A stretch of 40,586 nucleotides of DNA from an uncultured bacterium (lineage in GTDB: Bacteria; CSSED10-310; CAZUFC01): positions 1 through 40,586 of the forward strand of contig CAZUFC010000078.1 in the NCBI GenBank assembly GCA_964619725.1, read 5' to 3'. A model generated the notes under the pieces. The model was not told the DNA's origin. It saw only the letters and a list, made by a program, of their open reading frames with translations, and made no database searches. Each line of letters begins with the position of its first letter. The first letter of the stretch is position 1. This document shows positions 17,674-27,642 of the stretch, in pieces. Position numbers and translations under genes: made by a program.

Positions 17674-18968
17674 GCTTCCTCCGGCGTCATCGCGCCGTTC
17701 GTTGAAATTTTAAATTTTAAATATTCGCCTTCATTAACCCAGGAAACCCGGTCAACAGCGACAGGAGATTCCGCCGCAGGCATAACCAAAACATTACCCT
17801 TGTCGACACGTTTACTCTCCCCGACGGCTCTTCCGCAACGCCTCTCAATGAACAACTCAATATCAAACTCGGCAGACTCATCCATCGTCGCAACATGCCG
17901 CCCTGGATCATTCACATCGCTGAACATGATTCGTCCACCCTCCAGAATGACTTTCCCAGCTTCCGCGAATTTCCTGCCCATTTCGCTCTGAACGGTAAAA
18001 AGGTCGCCGGCAGTCAGTTCCCCAGGTCCCTTGTGCTTCGTCAAGACCCTCCATCGACTTTCCTTCCGGTGATTCCTGATCGCTATACGGCCCATATTCT
18101 GCATTATTTCATACACGGTCTCAGAGACACCGCATACCGCATCAAAGATATGCTGAATGGTCCGTTCGCCGCTTATATCATTGATCCTTATTCCCGTAAT
18201 CGACGGCCTGGGGATGGAACCCATCAGAAATCGCCGAACAGATGCTGCCGTGAATCGAACGAAATCCTCTTCCAATCCGACCGTCGGCAACCTTACGACG
18301 GCAATATTCTCCGCTTTTTCCAGGAATTCATATCCCGCAAAAGCATTTCGCAACCGCCGACCACGCTCATGCTTGGACAGCGCAGAAGGCTGAAGACGAA
18401 AAGCTCCCCTAAGTCCATGACTGATCCTTTTCAACTCCTCTTCATTCCCCGATTTCAACTCAACTTCCAACTCGAAAAATTCAATCCCAAGCAGGAAATC
18501 AGGATAACGAAACCTGTCCAGAGCAACCTCCATGCACACACGCTCATCCCGAACCAGCTCCAGAACAATACGGCGATTTTCCACAGCTATGTCCGACTTC
18601 AGCTTATATCCCTCAGCTTCCAGCTTTTCCTTTAAATCCACGCCGGCGTGTTCCGATAAAAATCGTCGCATAATTTCACCCTCATCATCCCCATTTTCGT
18701 CCATCACCAGCTCATGCTCCTCTCGCATATGCACCGCATCATCAAGTTTCACATCTCGCTTCAATGTCAACTTCCTCTCGTTCGCCCGCTCCCGGACCCG
18801 AAAATTCAAACCATGTTCCCGCAACAATTCGCCTTCCATATCAAAATATTCATCACGCTGAAATACAGGCCCACCCGTCAGCTTAACCCCATATTCACCC
18901 ATCCTCCTCATGCATGACAGTTCAGTAAAAACTTCGTCGTTTCCGATATACTTCGATTCCGTTTCCAT
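17649..18968 (-). CDS. CYTH (triphosphate tunnel) domain fused to RNA polymerase alpha N-terminal domain
   Basis: Residues ~1-205: ETESK (ExExK), QRDEYFD, FRVRE, LTLK, VALD, ELEVELK, SKHERG = CYTH. Residues ~210-439: VRRFLMGSIP, GVSETVYEIMQN, GPGELTAGD, ISTNGAMTPEEA = RpoA NTD. No alpha-CTD. Confidence 0.9.
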   Translation of the reverse strand: METESKYIGNDEVFTELSCMRRMGEYGVKLTGGPVFQRDEYFDMEGELLREHGLNFRVRERANERKLTLKRDVKLDDAVHMREEHELVMDENGDDEGEIMRRFLSEHAGVDLKEKLEAEGYKLKSDIAVENRRIVLELVRDERVCMEVALDRFRYPDFLLGIEFFELEVELKSGNEEELKRISHGLRGAFRLQPSALSKHERGRRLRNAFAGYEFLEKAENIAVVRLPTVGLEEDFVRFTAASVRRFLMGSIPRPSITGIRINDISGERTIQHIFDAVCGVSETVYEIMQNMGRIAIRNHRKESRWRVLTKHKGPGELTAGDLFTVQSEMGRKFAEAGKVILEGGRIMFSDVNDPGRHVATMDESAEFDIELFIERRCGRAVGESKRVDKGNVLVMPAAESPVAVDRVSWVNEGEYLKFKISTNGAMTPEEAWKYLIQK

Positions 18969-21334
18969 TAATTATCCTCCAGGGAGGAATAGAAAGGGAA
19001 AGAGGGTTTATTTTGCTTCCTTAACTCCCACTGATCTTTCCACCAGTAATTAGCAGCCAGGTTCATTTTATCTGCGGCATATCCGGAAACCTGTTTGAAT
19101 TCGCTGCTGACCTCTTTTTCGATTGTCTTCTTCAGCGGTTCATCATTAAACACAGTTTTATCCAACAATTTTTTCCTGACAGCTTCTTCATCGGGATGCA
19201 GAATAATATGGAATTCAAAAGCGTTATCTGAAAAGTCGTTATCAGGCATTACGTCAATTTGACTCACTGCGCTGTGTTTTATGTAATGCCGCGCCTGTCC
19301 ATCCAATAGACGCCAACGATCTATCGCTTCTGCTGCAGCTAACCATAATCTGGCACACTGCTTCTTAGGGGAAGGAGCCATTGGATCATGCAGTACCTTA
19401 AGACATTCTATTCTTGTTTTGCGATTTTCATCATCCAGTTCTAATGTTTCTTTTTTCTTTTTAAAGCGATTAAACCACTCTGTTTTTTCAGAACAATCAG
19501 GAGAAGCCTTAAAAGCATCAATAGCCATATCCATTTTACTTAAAGCCGCAATACAGTCCTTCTCAAGCATCAATTCGGATAAACCCTTTCTGAATTTTGA
19601 ACCCGCTCGTCTAGCCTGGCTGTCGCAACCGTCTATCAGACGTATAAGGGCTACAACCTTCATCAAATCCACATTGCATTCGTTCATATAATATTCAGCT
19701 TTCTTCTTTAACGAGCCGGGCCATTGTCCTGTAAGATGAAGCATCCCCTTCTTTTTTCCGCTCTCATTATCATGGTCCATCCTTCGACGATGATATAGAC
19801 AAGCAAGGATAACTGCCTCATGAATGCGCTCATCAAATCCTTTATCCCTAAATCCATCTTTGCCGGGCCATTCAATGTAGTTCGCCGTTTTTACATCATT
19901 CAAACGTATTCCCGCGAGGAACTGATGATAATCCCTTACGTCATCGGTGAATAGCGGAATTATATCGGGTAATCCGTGTACGGTAATTTCACCGAAAAGA
20001 TTAGAAAGTTCGCGGGATTCTTCCAGGGACAAACTGTTTACCGAATGACCGCAATCATGCAGTAGTACAGTCGCAATTAAAATGAAACGTTCACTTTCGT
20101 TGAAAAATCTCGGAGCATGATGAAGAATGGGCGTTAAAAATAACTCGGTGAATTCCAACAAATCATGATGATGCATCCTGGCGTGATCAACCATTTCAGG
20201 AATCTTATCGCCTAACCAGATTATGTCGCCGACTTTGTCGATTATTTTGTGCAGTATGTTCTTTAATTCGAAAATATCGGTTTTTTTTGCAGACCACCAT
20301 TCGATATCCTGATTAGTCAGATTTTTAATTCTACGACCGCCTACAAGCGGACTGTCAACATTCAGAATCCTGTCAACAATACTCTTTGAATAGACTTTTA
20401 ATGGGTCTACAGAAATTTGATCATCGTATCTCAATTTCAATTCATTACCGAATACCGAAAGCGTTTTTCTTCTGTCCGCTTTTTTCTCGCTACCCTTTTT
20501 TTCCTCTTTGCTGTCATGAAGTAAAAGTTTTACCGGATTCTCCGGCATAAAATATTTCGTACTCCCCAACTCCAGGACCATTTTCAGTCTCAATGCATTT
20601 TCGTGCCATTCCCTAAAATCCAATCCGATCGGATAAGTGGGAATAAAGATCAAATCGCGGGAGTCCTCAAACAGATAAGCGATTTCAACTTTTTCCCTGT
20701 GAAGTGTCGCCATGAGTGTCGAATAAGGAACCGTTCCTTTATAACCACCTGTTGCATTTAATAGAATTCGTTCACACCCTCTGTTTTCAACCAGATCATT
20801 GATCATTTCTTTTATCTTCGCCATCCAGTTGTGGAAGCCTGACCTCTCGAATTCGCTACCCTTTTCTGCATTCACATCTTTTGCATAATCTGAATCAAGA
20901 TTGAATTCAGCAGAATACCAATCTCGCCACGGTTCATTTTTCAGCACATCAGCAATTATAACCGCACAGTTTCTGGATTCATATGTGTCTGAAGGAAGAA
21001 ATTTGACTATATCTCCTTCCTCATTACTGTTTTTATTCGTTTGAGCGTATGCCCAAAGGTAACTCAACTCTTGCGGCATCCGATCAGTCGGATGATATTT
21101 AGTCTTGTTTCGGTAATCGAATTGTCTTTTCGGGTCTAATTTAAGTATGTTAGTCACGATTCTATCTCGAGGCGTTTTTGCATTTCGAGAGTTCAGATTA
21201 TATGCAAGGCATTCGGTTCGCCTGTTGATTTCGTCGATAACATGATTTTCATTTTTTTTGCGATCATTTCGGTATTCCTCACCTCTATTGGTGATTAAGG
21301 AAGTCCCTACTGTAAGAATATGCCCAGTTTTCAT
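18968..21334 (-). CDS. CRISPR-associated CARF (APE2256/Crn1-like) plus HD-domain protein
   Basis: N-terminal ILTVGTSL, PQELSYL, LPSDT, LNATGGYKG and YLFED match the APE2256-type CARF. C-terminal MVDHARMH, LLHDCGH, RDYH, CLYH and LIRLIDGCD give the HD phosphohydrolase metal ligands. Confidence 0.87.
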   Translation of the reverse strand: MKTGHILTVGTSLITNRGEEYRNDRKKNENHVIDEINRRTECLAYNLNSRNAKTPRDRIVTNILKLDPKRQFDYRNKTKYHPTDRMPQELSYLWAYAQTNKNSNEEGDIVKFLPSDTYESRNCAVIIADVLKNEPWRDWYSAEFNLDSDYAKDVNAEKGSEFERSGFHNWMAKIKEMINDLVENRGCERILLNATGGYKGTVPYSTLMATLHREKVEIAYLFEDSRDLIFIPTYPIGLDFREWHENALRLKMVLELGSTKYFMPENPVKLLLHDSKEEKKGSEKKADRRKTLSVFGNELKLRYDDQISVDPLKVYSKSIVDRILNVDSPLVGGRRIKNLTNQDIEWWSAKKTDIFELKNILHKIIDKVGDIIWLGDKIPEMVDHARMHHHDLLEFTELFLTPILHHAPRFFNESERFILIATVLLHDCGHSVNSLSLEESRELSNLFGEITVHGLPDIIPLFTDDVRDYHQFLAGIRLNDVKTANYIEWPGKDGFRDKGFDERIHEAVILACLYHRRRMDHDNESGKKKGMLHLTGQWPGSLKKKAEYYMNECNVDLMKVVALIRLIDGCDSQARRAGSKFRKGLSELMLEKDCIAALSKMDMAIDAFKASPDCSEKTEWFNRFKKKKETLELDDENRKTRIECLKVLHDPMAPSPKKQCARLWLAAAEAIDRWRLLDGQARHYIKHSAVSQIDVMPDNDFSDNAFEFHIILHPDEEAVRKKLLDKTVFNDEPLKKTIEKEVSSEFKQVSGYAADKMNLAANYWWKDQWELRKQNKPSFPFYSSLEDN

Positions 21335-21348
21335 GTTTTATTTACCCT

Positions 21349-23652
21349 TCATCCACCTTGGCGTTTACCCCCTCTTATTTCAGACGGAGGCAGTAAAGTT
21401 TCCTCTTTTCCTCTGTTATGCGGCCTTTGATTCCGCTGCTCCATAAAATAGCTGAATCCTTCATAGGCTTTTTTTCCCGGCGGATAATACTGAACAGGAC
21501 TTTTTCCTGCCAGATTCAGGTGATGTATATTACAAAGTTCCTTGTAAAATTCTTCTGAATCGAATGCCGATACAGCAGATTCATCAATAATTTCTTCGTC
21601 ACCGGTAATCATCCATGATTTGAAAGTTTTGACTAAATTTTCTGCCGCAGCATGGTCGATTACCTCGATATTGCTCTCATCTGCTGTACGCCATCCGCCG
21701 ACGGGATTTGTTTTAATTATTTTTTCGATTTTGATTTTTATGGATCCCATGCCTAAAGGACGACCCATACCTAATTTATGAGCGAGCTTTTCATTTTCGT
21801 TCAAGGGAGAATCCGAGAGTGAAATCGACCAGAGCAGCAGCCCGAGTTCATAATTCGATAAAGAATCAAACTCGATGTAGCCTTTGAAAACTTTACCGGG
21901 CGGCAATACTGCAGCAGTCAAGTTCTGATTCGTACGTAAATCTTTTTCTTTGATTTCATGGGGAGGTTTTTGGGCGAGGTCTTTATTGATCATCTCCGGT
22001 TTTATTTTAACGTAATCGCATGCCTTTTCCTTATCGTTGCTTATTGCCGTGGGATGATGAACGTAGAACTTTCTTCCCCTAAGCAATCCTGCATTATGCC
22101 ACCACCCACCTGAATCCATTGAATAATAACCAGCTTCCTCGCCCATGTTCTTGTTTTTATCCTCAGGTTTGAGATAAAAGGGATAATACTTTGGTTTTGG
22201 CGAACCCAGTATTTTCAAAGGCAAGAGCACTGTTTCATTTAAACGGCTATCAGACCAGGCCGTTCCGACACGAACGCGCCCCGCCACTGGGGAGGTTTCC
22301 TTTTTCTTTCCTTTCTTTTTTTCTTCTGGACTCCAGCCGAATAAGCGGCTTGCCGGACAAAGGTTCGTGTTCTTTTCAGGGGGCAGCGCCCACGGCGTTT
22401 TGCCGGCCAGTTCACCGGGATTAGACAATTCAGGCGACTTATACATTCCTACGGGACCCATTTCAACAACCATATTGTTTCTGGAGAGAAAACAGACTAT
22501 GTCGCCCGGTTTCGGCTTACGATAATCTTCATTATCACAGTTCGCTTTTTTGAAGAAATCGAACGCTGCGTCATCAACTCGTATCGGCTTTCCTTTTCTA
22601 TAAAGCGCTTTTATATAATGAACTCTTTTACGTTGAGAAGAGTCCATTTCATCCCATCCTTTATGCGGCCACAAGATTATATTAACGTTTCTTTCTATGG
22701 CTTGCCAATTTATCCCATTACCGCTTAACATGCATACTCGATCTTCTTTAAATGTCTTTTTTAATTTGGTGTTTACGTGCGGTATTTTTGGAACAACCCT
22801 GAAGCTCATATCTTGAATTCCATGATGAGGTATTTTTTCTTTCGTTATATCCTTCATCATCGGTCCTTTCCATCGTTGTTTTGAATCAATTATTACTTCA
22901 CTTTTAAAGCCGCTTCGCTTTATTAATTTTCCTTTTTTCACATTAGACATTTTTTTGCTGAAATGTTCGAAATAAGGCAAACCTGCCCCGGAGAAACTAC
23001 GAACAAGTGGAGCTCCTGTGTGTAATTGCCAGAGTTCAGCACTAACAGTCGTCTGATTTCTTCTGAATTCCTCGTATTTTTTAGCCCTGGACTTATCATC
23101 TTTTAAACCTAACGCATTATCAAAGGCTTCTCGCCATATTTTCGCAGTCGCAAAGGGTTCAACGTAATATCCGTTATCATCCTTACATAAACGTCCCCAT
23201 TTTCTGTTGAAAAGATCTTTATCTGCCCTTGAAATATTATCCGCTTTACGGAACCTGTAAACATCATCTTTAACGGAAAATATCCCGAATGAACTGTTGG
23301 AAACGGCCTCAACAATATTCCTGAGCATACCTTTGATGGATGTACCGGGGATTGCCAATCGGCTGTCTATGTTAAAAAAATCTTTTACTGGATGTTCATT
23401 TTTTTCTTTATCCGAATCGCCGTTTTTTGAACTTACTTTGTAATAAGTCGTATGCTCCGAGTCGGGCACAAAGAACGGACTTACATTCATTAAACTGAAC
23501 TCTATTCGACCGGAATGCCCTTTGTATGAGTCAAGAGATTGAAATTTCCTTATTTCACCTATTGGACTTTTCGTATTATCTGAATCGTATCCCCTAGGCG
23601 GTTTTTCTGAAATGGGTGCAAAATTGAATGGGTAAACAAAATGGTTATTCAC
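21349..23652 (-). CDS. cas7: Type III-D Cas7 with large insertion (TIGR03986-like RAMP)
   Basis: YPFNFAPI, IPGTSIKGMLR, CPASRLFG, LGSPKP, LRGRKFYVH and LGMGRPLGMGSI (Gly-rich loop); 767 aa. Confidence 0.92.
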   Translation of the reverse strand: MNNHFVYPFNFAPISEKPPRGYDSDNTKSPIGEIRKFQSLDSYKGHSGRIEFSLMNVSPFFVPDSEHTTYYKVSSKNGDSDKEKNEHPVKDFFNIDSRLAIPGTSIKGMLRNIVEAVSNSSFGIFSVKDDVYRFRKADNISRADKDLFNRKWGRLCKDDNGYYVEPFATAKIWREAFDNALGLKDDKSRAKKYEEFRRNQTTVSAELWQLHTGAPLVRSFSGAGLPYFEHFSKKMSNVKKGKLIKRSGFKSEVIIDSKQRWKGPMMKDITKEKIPHHGIQDMSFRVVPKIPHVNTKLKKTFKEDRVCMLSGNGINWQAIERNVNIILWPHKGWDEMDSSQRKRVHYIKALYRKGKPIRVDDAAFDFFKKANCDNEDYRKPKPGDIVCFLSRNNMVVEMGPVGMYKSPELSNPGELAGKTPWALPPEKNTNLCPASRLFGWSPEEKKKGKKKETSPVAGRVRVGTAWSDSRLNETVLLPLKILGSPKPKYYPFYLKPEDKNKNMGEEAGYYSMDSGGWWHNAGLLRGRKFYVHHPTAISNDKEKACDYVKIKPEMINKDLAQKPPHEIKEKDLRTNQNLTAAVLPPGKVFKGYIEFDSLSNYELGLLLWSISLSDSPLNENEKLAHKLGMGRPLGMGSIKIKIEKIIKTNPVGGWRTADESNIEVIDHAAAENLVKTFKSWMITGDEEIIDESAVSAFDSEEFYKELCNIHHLNLAGKSPVQYYPPGKKAYEGFSYFMEQRNQRPHNRGKEETLLPPSEIRGGKRQGG

Positions 23653-24310
23653 TTTTTTCCTCCATTGATGTCTGTTTGCTTGATTTATTTAGACTGAACA
23701 GAAAATCCTGATCGGCTACCCCCGGTTTAAGCATCCTCATGAAACTTTCACCGCTCGATTCATCCTGATATGTCCTGATTTTCAGAATCGGATAAAAGGG
23801 CAATTTACCATTGGAATTGAATTTCATGTATACATCCGGATACTTAATTTCAGCGCTTCCTTTGATTCTCTGTTCCTTATACCCGGCTTCATCAATCGCT
23901 TTTCCCCATAATATGAGAAAATCGTCCTCTATTGTAACTTCGACGGTTTTTTCAGCGCATTCAATTATTTCGGGACGCATCATTTCTTCAGCAGCTTCAA
24001 TCATGCATACGCATCGAAAAATTTCATTATTAAACCTTCGCCACTCAATTTGACCATCGCTCCAGAAAATACGGCCGCGCAAACAGAAATCTATAAATTC
24101 ATTACCCTTAATTTTTTCCAGAACATCTGTCGGCTGGGGACCCATAAAAAAGAATTTATGCATTTGCTCAATCAACGCCCAGCATTCATCCTGATTCTTT
24201 TTTCTGTTGATCCAATCAGTTATGTAATCTGCGATGTCTTGACCGTCTCCTTCAAATGATAATAATCTTAGATTCATGAAATTATTTTCACTTCTGATTT
24301 GATTTGTCAT
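23645..24310 (-). CDS. csx19: Type III-D Csx19-like subunit
   Basis: Sits between the two cas7 genes, as in III-D operons; motifs GRIFWSDGQIEWRR and LILWG. Confidence 0.7.
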   Translation of the reverse strand: MTNQIRSENNFMNLRLLSFEGDGQDIADYITDWINRKKNQDECWALIEQMHKFFFMGPQPTDVLEKIKGNEFIDFCLRGRIFWSDGQIEWRRFNNEIFRCVCMIEAAEEMMRPEIIECAEKTVEVTIEDDFLILWGKAIDEAGYKEQRIKGSAEIKYPDVYMKFNSNGKLPFYPILKIRTYQDESSGESFMRMLKPGVADQDFLFSLNKSSKQTSMEEKSE

Positions 24311-26055
24311 CTGGCGTCTCCATTCTGTAACTCAAAATTTCTCATTATACTACGGAAGCACTCTTCAGCTTTACGGAATTTTATATTCAACGGATTATCC
24401 TCTAAGGAAGAAATATAGTCATGCTCATTAAAGCTCAATTCGGTTTGATAGGTTTTGAAAGGACCAAGTTTCCGGGCTTTTTCGAATGCTTCGCCTTCCA
24501 GAAGGCCTCCCCTGAAGGTTAGCGCTTCCATCGCAATCTTCTGAAGTTTAACTCGGCCGAATCCTCTATTTTTGCCGTAACCCAACAGAATACGTCCCAT
24601 GCGTAAATCGCGAAGAAGCAGCAGCAGCATACCCAAATGATCCTCACTGAAATCGAACATTTCAATTTCAAATTCAAGATCGCCTTCATCACTTGCTGTT
24701 TCTGGGGGACCTGATGGAAAGAAAGGTCGGCTGTTGAACTTGTGCTGGTCAGCCGCCCCTCCTGAGAATCTATCAAGCGCCACATGGTCAAGCATCTTGA
24801 GACGTGAGTTGAATTTTTTCGAATCGAGCGGCACGGCGTCAGAAAAAATTATACGTCCTCCCATGGCTGGAAATCCGAATAAATGACTAACCAGGCATGA
24901 AACATCACTCTCTTTAAATTTTTCCATATTACTGAAAAGTTTTCCTTCTTCCTCTGCACGTCCTACATCCCAAGCCGCCTCCTTCGCTTTATCACCGCCG
25001 ACAACCGTTCTTACAGCCCTTTCGGCATGCGACCGTAATGTACCTCTTATTGATGAGCCCGGAATATAAGGCTTTTCATTGGTATCCCGGCAAAATGATG
25101 CGTCTACGGAAAATTCTTTCTGGAGCGGGATTAAACCGAAATCGTTATTCGAGCGAATAGCGCCTTTGTTCTTAACCACTTCAGTCGAATAGCCGGTTTT
25201 TACCAATAAAGGTTCCATCGGACGAATTATGCAACTAAAACGAACTTTTTCCGAGGCGATATTATCATTTAATTCAACAACTGCAGTTTTGTCTTCATTC
25301 CGTATTTCTGCAAAAGGTTTTTCCTCAAAGTATTCTTTTCCATCTTTATCCTTTGCATTCCAGCCATTTAAAGCATAAGCAAGGACATCATCGGGTGATG
25401 ATCGGTCGCACTCTCTTATCGTACAATTACATAACTTGAACCGACCGTAACCGGTCCCGATGCTGCCTCCAAAATGAGCCCATCCGTTTTCCATCAATTT
25501 CAATATGTTATGCAAAAGGCTGACAGCCATTTGATCGGGGGAAAGTCCGGAATCCTGTAATCGTAATTCCTGAGTCGTCATTGGTCCTGTTTCTCTAAAT
25601 TCCAACTTTATATCAAAACAAATATCTCCATCCACAACTTCTTCCCGAAATAAACGTTTATCATCCGCACTTCCCAATTCCCTGTTTATCGCATTACGGT
25701 CTCTAACCATTGCACTATAAGATTCACTTTTTACATGTGAATCAAACACCTTTAAGCGGGAAGACTGCCCCTGTTCGCCTTCCGTATCTCCCCGGGCGCT
25801 GCCGAACAGCGCAGCGAAAGCCTTGTCTCTTTCAGAAATATTATAACCGCCATTGACGATCAATTTTCTGGCCAAGGAAGCCATTACGCCGCATAGTGAT
25901 GTTCCCGGCAGAATGGGACGATCGAATGAATCGAGCATAACTCTTCTGTCGATGAACTCTGAATGATCGTCTGGAGAACCCACATGAAAGGGCCCCCCTT
26001 GTCGGTCGCCCATTCCTCGTATCTTTAAATCACCCCGTATTAAATAATCTTTCAT
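24307..26055 (-). CDS. cas7: Type III-D double-RAMP Cas7 (Csm3-like x2)
   Basis: Two RAMP units (LPGTSLCG...GGSIGTGYG and IPGSSIRG...LGYGKNRGFG). The ATG at 26055 forms an ATGA overlap with the upstream stop. Confidence 0.92.
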   Translation of the reverse strand: MKDYLIRGDLKIRGMGDRQGGPFHVGSPDDHSEFIDRRVMLDSFDRPILPGTSLCGVMASLARKLIVNGGYNISERDKAFAALFGSARGDTEGEQGQSSRLKVFDSHVKSESYSAMVRDRNAINRELGSADDKRLFREEVVDGDICFDIKLEFRETGPMTTQELRLQDSGLSPDQMAVSLLHNILKLMENGWAHFGGSIGTGYGRFKLCNCTIRECDRSSPDDVLAYALNGWNAKDKDGKEYFEEKPFAEIRNEDKTAVVELNDNIASEKVRFSCIIRPMEPLLVKTGYSTEVVKNKGAIRSNNDFGLIPLQKEFSVDASFCRDTNEKPYIPGSSIRGTLRSHAERAVRTVVGGDKAKEAAWDVGRAEEEGKLFSNMEKFKESDVSCLVSHLFGFPAMGGRIIFSDAVPLDSKKFNSRLKMLDHVALDRFSGGAADQHKFNSRPFFPSGPPETASDEGDLEFEIEMFDFSEDHLGMLLLLLRDLRMGRILLGYGKNRGFGRVKLQKIAMEALTFRGGLLEGEAFEKARKLGPFKTYQTELSFNEHDYISSLEDNPLNIKFRKAEECFRSIMRNFELQNGDAR

Positions 26056-26507
26056 TCCTCTATACCTCCTCGCAATCTCCAAAGCATTTCACGAAAAACC
26101 CTTATGCCTATCCTGGCTCTCTCTTTTTTTTCAAGGGATATTCCTTGTTTCAGGAGTCTCTTTTCAATTTTCGAAATAGCTAAATCATTGCAGTTTTCTG
26201 AATCATCCTTCAGGCAATTTATCCATTTATCGATTTTTTCCGGCAATGTCTTTAGCTGTCTCTTATTCCAGATTGATGAGTCCTTCGATGATTCATGATT
26301 GATGTATTTTATCCATTGCTCTACTCTCTCTTCTCGATGAATCAGATTTATGAAAGGATTATCCCGATTATTCCCAATAAAGGAGGCAAGCGCGTCAGCT
26401 GATTTTTCTGAATCAAACAAAACCTCAAAATAATCTTTTACATTTGTGTCGTTAATTACCTCTCTGATTTGAAATTCCAATGTTTTTATCCTGTAGATTT
26501 TATTCAT
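26052..26507 (-). CDS. cas11: Probable Cas11 small subunit
   Basis: 151-aa helical protein translationally coupled between cas5 and cas7. Assignment is by size and position only. Confidence 0.6.
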   Translation of the reverse strand: MNKIYRIKTLEFQIREVINDTNVKDYFEVLFDSEKSADALASFIGNNRDNPFINLIHREERVEQWIKYINHESSKDSSIWNKRQLKTLPEKIDKWINCLKDDSENCNDLAISKIEKRLLKQGISLEKKERARIGIRVFREMLWRLRGGIEE

Positions 26508-27642
26508 GATTATTGTTTCCCCTCTTGTATTCCTGATGAAACGGATCGTTAATTCTAACTTCGCCGAAACCTTCTGCTGTTCTTAAACCAATTCCCTTTA
26601 ATTGCCCATGAGTCAGTCGATTTATTTTTTCCTTATCGTCGATTTCGTCCGGCCATGAAATCAGAAAAAGAAAAGCGCTGCCTGCTGATATGGAAAGTTC
26701 CGTTTCTCTTGCCCTGGAATAAGCTCCGTTCCAACTGTATGTTTCCTTTATTGACGAATAATGAGTGTATGGTCCTTCGACAGCATTTTCTGGAATGCCA
26801 ACGGCGCCGGCTACCTCTTTTTTCGATATGTACGGCAGCGGTCTGAGCCAATGATCCAAAATTATTGCATCGGAAAGACATGTCACCGTAATATATCCGC
26901 CTAATAAGGCTGGTTTTGGGAGATAATAGGGCGTATCTTCTTTGACTGCGGTCAAGTTTACCGATATTGTACCTGGTTGTCTGCCGACAGGTAAGTAAAT
27001 TGGGTTAGCCCCCAGGTACTTTTTGACGAATTCCTCCATAAGAGATTCTGCTTCTGATGTCAGAACGCGTATAGAACCTAAAAACTTCTGCCCTCTTGCT
27101 ATATTCCTACGGGTGAAGAGACGGCCTTCCCGTGCTGTGCCGCTTTTATTGGAACGATCCGTATGCCCGCGAATCATCATTCTTAATTCCTTGAATTCTT
27201 CGCTGTTCTTCGGTTCTTTGAAATACCATCCCTTTAAAGGCGCCCAGTCAGGATCATAATCGGGCTTTTCATCCATCAACAGATCCACTACCCCCCATGG
27301 CTTAACCTCCGTTCCTTTTTCATCCTTCAGTATAGCGTCTACACCGGGGTAAGCGAAACCGGGCGCGCTCTTCTTGGTTCGAGCCGATAATGGAATCGGA
27401 TGTGCTCTATATGGTCCTTCAGATGGATATAAGTTGGAAAAAATTACTTCTCCGGAATAGAAGATTTTTCGGAAATCATGAGTTGGTTCTTCCCCCGGTC
27501 GTATTCCTGTCGCTGCCGCTGCGGCTCCCCACAAAGTGGTTCCTGGAATATAATCCATCCCCATGTAATCATTACCTGATCTATGCCGGTCTGCGATGCA
27601 TACCTCGTCAGTGATTTCAGCTTCTACTTCATAAATTTTCAT
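26500..27642 (-). CDS. csx10: Type III-D Cas5 (Csx10-like RAMP)
   Basis: DYIPGTTLWGA, FSNLYP, P-I-PLS, CLSDAII, AGSAF and GIGLRTAEGFG. The ATG at 27642 overlaps the upstream TGA. Confidence 0.88.
   Translation of the reverse strand: MKIYEVEAEITDEVCIADRHRSGNDYMGMDYIPGTTLWGAAAAATGIRPGEEPTHDFRKIFYSGEVIFSNLYPSEGPYRAHPIPLSARTKKSAPGFAYPGVDAILKDEKGTEVKPWGVVDLLMDEKPDYDPDWAPLKGWYFKEPKNSEEFKELRMMIRGHTDRSNKSGTAREGRLFTRRNIARGQKFLGSIRVLTSEAESLMEEFVKKYLGANPIYLPVGRQPGTISVNLTAVKEDTPYYLPKPALLGGYITVTCLSDAIILDHWLRPLPYISKKEVAGAVGIPENAVEGPYTHYSSIKETYSWNGAYSRARETELSISAGSAFLFLISWPDEIDDKEKINRLTHGQLKGIGLRTAEGFGEVRINDPFHQEYKRGNNNHE

Noticed and set aside
17895-18635. 246-aa + strand ORF and other antisense ORFs inside the large genes
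   Set aside because: Shadow ORFs opposite well-supported minus-strand genes.
11998-18968. Housekeeping rpoA/rpoB/rpoC or jumbo-phage RNAP
   Set aside because: Too reduced and diverged, with no ribosomal-protein context. The presence of an alpha-NTD and a sigma54, and the lack of phage genes, argue against a phage enzyme. Gene symbols were therefore withheld.
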